Under the pieces are notes generated by a model that saw nothing but the letters and a program-made list of their open reading frames with translations, made no database searches and was not told the origin of the DNA. From a virus, in the IMG/VR virus record IMGVR_UViG_3300002916_000001, positions 1-64,000 of that record: a stretch of 64,000 nucleotides of DNA; one strand, written 5' to 3'. Shown here in pieces: positions 58,913 to 64,000 of this stretch. Position 1 is the first letter of the stretch; the number at the start of each line of letters is the position of its first letter. A program made the position numbers and the translations under genes.

Positions 58913-61462
58913 CTATGCGATAATTTCAGTAAAATGTCCGTCTGGAATGATTGCAGAAAACTGACCGTCTGGGATAATTGCAGCAAAGGGTACAGTAAGG
59001 CCTTGTACAGGACTCACGACAACGACACGCAGTACAATTGTTCTAACTCGCTGTGTGTGTATCGGTGTCCTGAGTAGAGTAGAGCGGTTTTGCTGCGTGC
59101 GAGTGCGTGCGCGGACGGACACGGATAGCGTGCGCGAAGTCCGCACTGGAAGCCTCGTGACCACACTCTTGCCCTCTTGCGTTGAGATCTGCGTCCTCAT
59201 GGCAGTAGAGTGCGTTCGCAGAGTTTTAACAGGGAGCCTGAGAACGACCATACGTGTGGCAAGCGTACGCGTCGCAATACGAATTTGGGTAGAGAGTGTG
59301 TGTTGAGTCCCGAGCAAGAGCCTCACCGGCGTGCTTTTGGCGGCGTGAGATGCTACTCTCACGCGAATAGGAGCCGTCTTGCTCTGCACCGTCCTAACTA
59401 CAGTCCTAAGCTGCGTCGAAGCAGTCTTGAGCGTCCTTGTGGCAATCCTGATTACCGTAGAGCGGCTTTGCAACGTGCGAACCGCCGCTCGTATCTTGAG
59501 CGAGACACTTACTGTCGTACCAGTCGTTGTGGTGATGACACGTAAAACAACAGTTCTCGTGGTAAGTGTGCGAACTACCGTTCGTGTTTGCGTGCTTTTC
59601 GTGGTTTGTGTTGCAATGGCTGCTCTGATTGGAGTCGATTTATTTACGAGCGTCCTGACTACAGCTCTTAGCTGAGCAGCTTTCGTTACGCCTCTCACAA
59701 CTGCCCTCAGAACTGTAGACCTCGTAGCTAGTGTGCGAACTACTGCTCTCAGAACTGTAGACCTCGTAGCTAGTGTGCGAACTACTGCTCTCAGCATGGT
59801 TGACTTTGTGATGCGCGTCCGCACAAGCGCTCTAATCTGGGTGACGAGCGTCACGCCACGAACCACTATCCTCAGGGGAGTTGACTTGGTTACCTGAGTG
59901 CGAACAGGCACGCGGGTAACGAGGCTCTTTGTAGCAGGAGTTCTGACTACCGTTCTGAGTTGAGCCGAGCGCGTTGCCAGACTTGCGACCACAGCACGCA
60001 ATGAGGCCGACTTTGTGGCAAGTGTTCGTACAACGGTCCTTAGAGGAGTAGATAGCGTTCTGAGTGTTCTGACAACGGTCCTGAGCACGGTAGATCGTGT
60101 AGCCAGCGTGCGGATGACGGCTCTCAGTTTTGAGACGAACGTAATACCACGTATCACAGCACGCAACACGGTAGATTTAGTAACTTTTGTTCTAACTGGT
60201 GTGCGTACACTGGTAGAGCGCGTGGTCTTCGTGGCGACAACGTTTCTGATCGAAGTGGATTTAGTGACTTGCGTCCTGACAGGAGTTCTCAGTTTGGTAG
60301 AGACGGTACTAAGAGTGCGAACAACTGTACGCAATTTTGTAGATACAGTACTGAGTGTACGGACAACTGAGCGTATAGCAGTAGATTTGGTAACTTTTGT
60401 GGCTATACGTGTGCGTATAGCAGTAGATTTTGTGTTTAGGGTTATAATTGACCCGACAGAATAGAACGTGCTGGGGGATGATTGATTGTTGTATGAGGTC
60501 GTATCCCAACCCGCAGAACGCGCTGTATTCGAGATCCGTACTTCATCGATAGAGCCTTTAAAGAAGATCGACGAAATAAGATCATCACGGGCACCAATCT
60601 TTGCGGCATTGGTACTCGTTGCAATCGTCGTCGAGAGCGTACCTGAGCCATTTGCAGCGCCATCAAGATAGTGTGTCACGGTTGTGCCACTCATCACAAC
60701 CGTGACTTTGTGCCATGCACCTGTTCCTGGTGCCGTTGTTCCTGCGACATTTGCAAATGTTGAACCATTACCACGTATGAGCTGCATTTTCCCTGTTGTT
60801 TGCTCAACATAAAATTCGTACTCATTGCCAACGCCGTTGGTCGTTTTTGCTAGAATCATATTATAGTTGGTATAATCTGTAGCCTTAATCCATGCCTCTA
60901 TTGTTATATCTCCTGTGATTTGCAAATTAGATGCATTTGGGATATTCACATATTGACTTGATCCACTGAAAGCAGCAGCTCCATCTATTTCCCCTGTTGT
61001 TGCTGTTGTTCCATTATTTGTCCCATTATTTGCATTTGAGGTTGAATCTGCAACAGAAAGTGTTGTTCCATTTCCAAGATGCCACACGCCCTTATAATTA
61101 CTATCCCACACACCTGTCTTATTCTCTTGAGATGTAGATATTGATGCATTGTTGAAATACATATAAATAGTAGTATCTGCGGTATGGGAAGCTGTAGGAA
61201 TACGAACATGCATCTCAATTTCGCCAGTTGTCGCGACGTAGTTCTCTATTTCATGGTCAAGCTTTGTTGTTTCTGTGCTGTCCACAAATACGATATCGAA
61301 TCCACTACTGTTCTGAACCTTCCCGCCGTTAGCTACCGTCTTGAGATTGGCATCAGTGCGCGAAACGAGCAGAGGGAAGTTGGATTGGTCTGCTGTGCTT
61401 ATTTTAGTGTGGTCGATCTGGATTTGCTTCTTACAGAGATAGCTCTGGTTCCACCAGCTCAT
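58913..61462 (-). CDS. DUF2341 + LamG tail/adhesin protein with long R/T/V-rich repeat tail
   Basis: WWN..Y..K.I.ID, DIVF..KLDHEIE, ITIEAWIK, GSIDEVRISN; ~14-aa repeats. Confidence 0.85.
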   Translation of the reverse strand: MSWWNQSYLCKKQIQIDHTKISTADQSNFPLLVSRTDANLKTVANGGKVQNSSGFDIVFVDSTETTKLDHEIENYVATTGEIEMHVRIPTASHTADTTIYMYFNNASISTSQENKTGVWDSNYKGVWHLGNGTTLSVADSTSNANNGTNNGTTATTGEIDGAAAFSGSSQYVNIPNASNLQITGDITIEAWIKATDYTNYNMILAKTTNGVGNEYEFYVEQTTGKMQLIRGNGSTFANVAGTTAPGTGAWHKVTVVMSGTTVTHYLDGAANGSGTLSTTIATSTNAAKIGARDDLISSIFFKGSIDEVRISNTARSAGWDTTSYNNQSSPSTFYSVGSIITLNTKSTAIRTRIATKVTKSTAIRSVVRTLSTVSTKLRTVVRTLSTVSTKLRTPVRTQVTKSTSIRNVVATKTTRSTSVRTPVRTKVTKSTVLRAVIRGITFVSKLRAVIRTLATRSTVLRTVVRTLRTLSTPLRTVVRTLATKSASLRAVVASLATRSAQLRTVVRTPATKSLVTRVPVRTQVTKSTPLRIVVRGVTLVTQIRALVRTRITKSTMLRAVVRTLATRSTVLRAVVRTLATRSTVLRAVVRGVTKAAQLRAVVRTLVNKSTPIRAAIATQTTKSTQTRTVVRTLTTRTVVLRVITTTTGTTVSVSLKIRAAVRTLQSRSTVIRIATRTLKTASTQLRTVVRTVQSKTAPIRVRVASHAAKSTPVRLLLGTQHTLSTQIRIATRTLATRMVVLRLPVKTLRTHSTAMRTQISTQEGKSVVTRLPVRTSRTLSVSVRARTRTQQNRSTLLRTPIHTQRVRTIVLRVVVVSPVQGLTVPFAAIIPDGQFSAIIPDGHFTEIIA

Positions 61463-61493
61463 AAAGCCGCCTCTCTTGCGTATTTTGCTTGTG

Positions 61494-62045
61494 TTATATC
61501 CTCACATCCATGGCTTTCAAATTCAAAGGTCCGATTGGAATAACACCTTCTCTCCAAGCACGAAAGTCCCGTACTGAGTTGTGTCCTCTGATCACAGCTT
61601 TCTTCTCAGCATCCCACAGCATATCTACATACAGGTTCTGGTCTTGATAGTCCCACAGCGCGAATGTGCATGCTCCAGAGTCCTTATCTACCACAGCACC
61701 GATCGCCTGTAAGTTCTTGAGCTTCTCTCCTGTCAGGAGTGCCGATGTGCCACGTGAGAACTGAAAGCCTGTATACGGCTCGCCAACGTGTGTGCGTGCT
61801 ATGCCTTGTGGTGTGTGCAGGTGGATCTCTTTAACTCTTGCAATGTCTCCTGAGTCTATCAAGTCCTCTTTCCACTCAAGTCTTCTCACAAGGTATTGTT
61901 TGTTAGGGCCTCGCAAGGTGGGGATTTCAATAGACTTCTCATCAAGCTCAGACCAGACCTTACCCGATGACATACGAACCGACCAGTACGATTCTCCTGC
62001 CATCATGACTCGGAGTCCTGTGAGTTTCTCTTTGATTGCGTTCAT
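61494..62045 (-). CDS. Hypothetical late protein
   Basis: 183-aa ORF with AGGAG RBS. Confidence 0.7.
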   Translation of the reverse strand: MNAIKEKLTGLRVMMAGESYWSVRMSSGKVWSELDEKSIEIPTLRGPNKQYLVRRLEWKEDLIDSGDIARVKEIHLHTPQGIARTHVGEPYTGFQFSRGTSALLTGEKLKNLQAIGAVVDKDSGACTFALWDYQDQNLYVDMLWDAEKKAVIRGHNSVRDFRAWREGVIPIGPLNLKAMDVRI

Positions 62046-62154
62046 TTAGTGCTCCTATTATACTATAATTGATCTAAAATCGACTTGAGGGTACATCGGC
62101 ATTTGACAGGCGTGGAGTAGAATAACCACTCAATGCCTGCCATGCCTGCACTGT

Positions 62155-63165
62155 CTAAATCCACGTGTACTGCCAGCCAAGTACGGGAAGCAGAGTGCCG
62201 CCCGTTAATCCGGCAGGTATATATAAAACCATCAGGAAATACCACAAACCCGCTGTTACTGCTTGAGGAATGCCTCCATTCTGTATATATTGTGTGGCTG
62301 CCTGAAGTGACTGCCATGTAGAAAGCCATGCGGCTGACCCAGGAGATACAGCACCTGCTGTTCCTGATGTGGCAGCAAGTGTACCAGCAGCATTCGCGCT
62401 AGGCGTCTGTTGTACGCCACCCGATGTGAGCCCTTGCCCATAGGCATTGGCTTTTAGCGCACTTGTGCTAGAGGTTTCTCCACTTGTCCCATTGATGATC
62501 GATGATCCGTCACCGCCTACCGTTGCGCTGTTTTGAGTCCCAGGACTAGCCGCTGGTAAAGTGTTGTCCTTCCAGGCTGAGATAATCGGAGCCGAATTGT
62601 ACGTGCCTGTGTTATCCCAGTTGATACGAAATTGCAGGTAGTGAGCTGTGGTCCCGTCATAGTTGGTGACAACTAATCCTGTAGTATCCGCACTAAAGGC
62701 ATACATTTTGTCGATAAGTGTTGTGCCACTAGCAGGTTTCAGGATGCTTGGCCATGAGGCACTAGCTGTACTGGTAGTCTGCGAGCCACTTGAAAGAGCA
62801 GCACGAAGTTCATATCCAGCAGACCCGAAAAGCACATCAGTCCAGGTAGCAGTGCCTGATCCCTCCCCTGCTGGCGATGTGCCTGTATTTGCTTGCAATT
62901 TACATTTTGTTACTCACCTTAAAGGTGGGATTGGTCATTTCTGCCAATCTCCTTACATTCCTGCAAGGACCAGACTGTAGCCTCATCCTATCGTCACTGA
63001 TAGGAGCCTCTCACTCAGTCGTTACGCGTGCCTCTCACATCTTTGTGTAGCTTCGCTCGGGGTTACCCACTTATCTCAGTTGGGGCTTTCCCCGACTCCA
63101 GAGAGGTTATTCGACAGGAATTACTTCCTGAAGCCCCTAACGTCAAGGGTAGTAAAATCTGACAA
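62155..63165 (-). CDS. Virion structural protein, intron-split (exon 1 63165-63146, exon 2 62902-62155)
   Basis: AAGGAG + TTG; splicing gives MSDFTTLKLQANTG...; unspliced frame stops after 14 codons. Confidence 0.8.
62903..63145 (-). ncRNA. Group I self-splicing intron, 243 nt, ORF-less
   Basis: P1 with U.G, P3 CCTCTC/GAGAGG, P4 TCGGGG/CCCCGA, P7 GACTG/CAGTC, P8, P9 hairpins, terminal G. Confidence 0.9.
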
Positions 63166-63288
63166 TTTTTACTCCTTTTGCATGTAATAATTATTGACGC
63201 TTTACGAGGTTCATGTTATAATCAAGGAGTTGTCTAGCATCCGCTCTCTATCTTCTGATAGGGAGCATTTATTATTCCCTGTTGCTCC

Positions 63289-63501
63289 CTATTCAACATG
63301 TTGCCATGTATGTGCAGTGCGGTCTGCACTATAGGGAACTTTCTCAAAATGCTCAGACGTGCCATCAATGGACACTTCAAGATCAGCATCCTCGTCATCC
63401 AAGCCTCTGATAGCCGCTGTGTGCGTACGTCCATCTTCAGCTGTATACCGAACTTGTGAATTAAGGAATGTCTTTTCCCCGTTAATAATGGAATCTGCCA
63501 T
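63289..63501 (-). CDS. Small hypothetical late protein
   Basis: AAGGAGGT RBS, 70 aa. Confidence 0.7.
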   Translation of the reverse strand: MADSIINGEKTFLNSQVRYTAEDGRTHTAAIRGLDDEDADLEVSIDGTSEHFEKVPYSADRTAHTWQHVE

Positions 63502-64000
63502 GTGATACCTCCTTTTATGTTATTGCCAGCCTAGAAGCTATTACTGTTGAAAGGCTGTATTAAGACTTGATGAAAATGATTCGTTGCATTCTCAATCTGT
63601 TCCGGTTACCACGTGAGACCTTGGACGCGGAATCTGTACACGCACAAATCCATACGTGGTAAAGTAAACAGCTTGCTGAATAAGCCATTTGAGCTCAAAG
63701 AGCCTCGGATTTCCAGCTCAAAAAAATTATTGGACAAGACGTCTAGTGTTCTCCCTGCCTTGCCTCTGCGTCTTCTTTGTTTGCCAGTGCTATTTGCAAT
63801 GCTTGCCCTGCCGCATCCTTGTCTGCACGGATAGCATCGAGGGCAGCATCCGCGTCTGCCTTGACCTCAGTGCCCGTGGCGATGACAGCGCGTATACGTT
63901 GCCTCCCTTCGAGTCTCCTTGCCTCCTGCAATGACTTCTCAGCCTGACCATGCACCTCATTGGCTTGCCGTGCTTGTGCAAGGATACTGCTTTGCTTTGC

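Noticed and set aside
1-64000. DGR, retron, terminase or capsid genes
   Set aside because: No reverse transcriptase motifs or TR/VR pair seen; head and packaging genes presumably lie beyond the right edge

Overview
A 64-kb slice of a large temperate phage or prophage genome. The host may be Ktedonobacteria/Chloroflexota, inferred from gene style only. Left to right the window holds: small early genes and a palindromic non-coding region (2.5-3.6 kb); a DEDDh exonuclease, HNH nuclease and Cre/Xer-like tyrosine recombinase; a recombination/replication block (RusA-like, SNF2 helicase, DUF3987-like, RNA ligase, primase); a second oppositely oriented replication module (xis-like HTH, AAA_25 helicase, iteron palindrome, primase); a Cro/CI switch followed by a structured tRNA-like leader and an accessory operon containing a Csx3/Crn3 ring-nuclease gene split by a MITE and a Mesh1/SpoT-like HD hydrolase; an orphan double-glycine peptide; a TraB/Spd-like FtsK-membrane module; and the distal end of the late operon (lysis cassette with GH25 endolysin, holins and a PilJ/NarX-domain protein, tail/adhesin genes, and a gene split by a 243-nt group I intron). 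Mobile parasites are two complete tnpB-only IS605-family elements, one IS607-like tnpB/omegaRNA remnant, two MITEs, and several HNH/GIY-YIG nucleases. A 25-bp motif CTTTCA-N4-GAACAA-N3-TTGACA recurs 13 times and probably defines a phage regulon. Several frameshifts and nonsense lesions suggest a decaying prophage. All family assignments are from motif recognition by eye, not from database searches.
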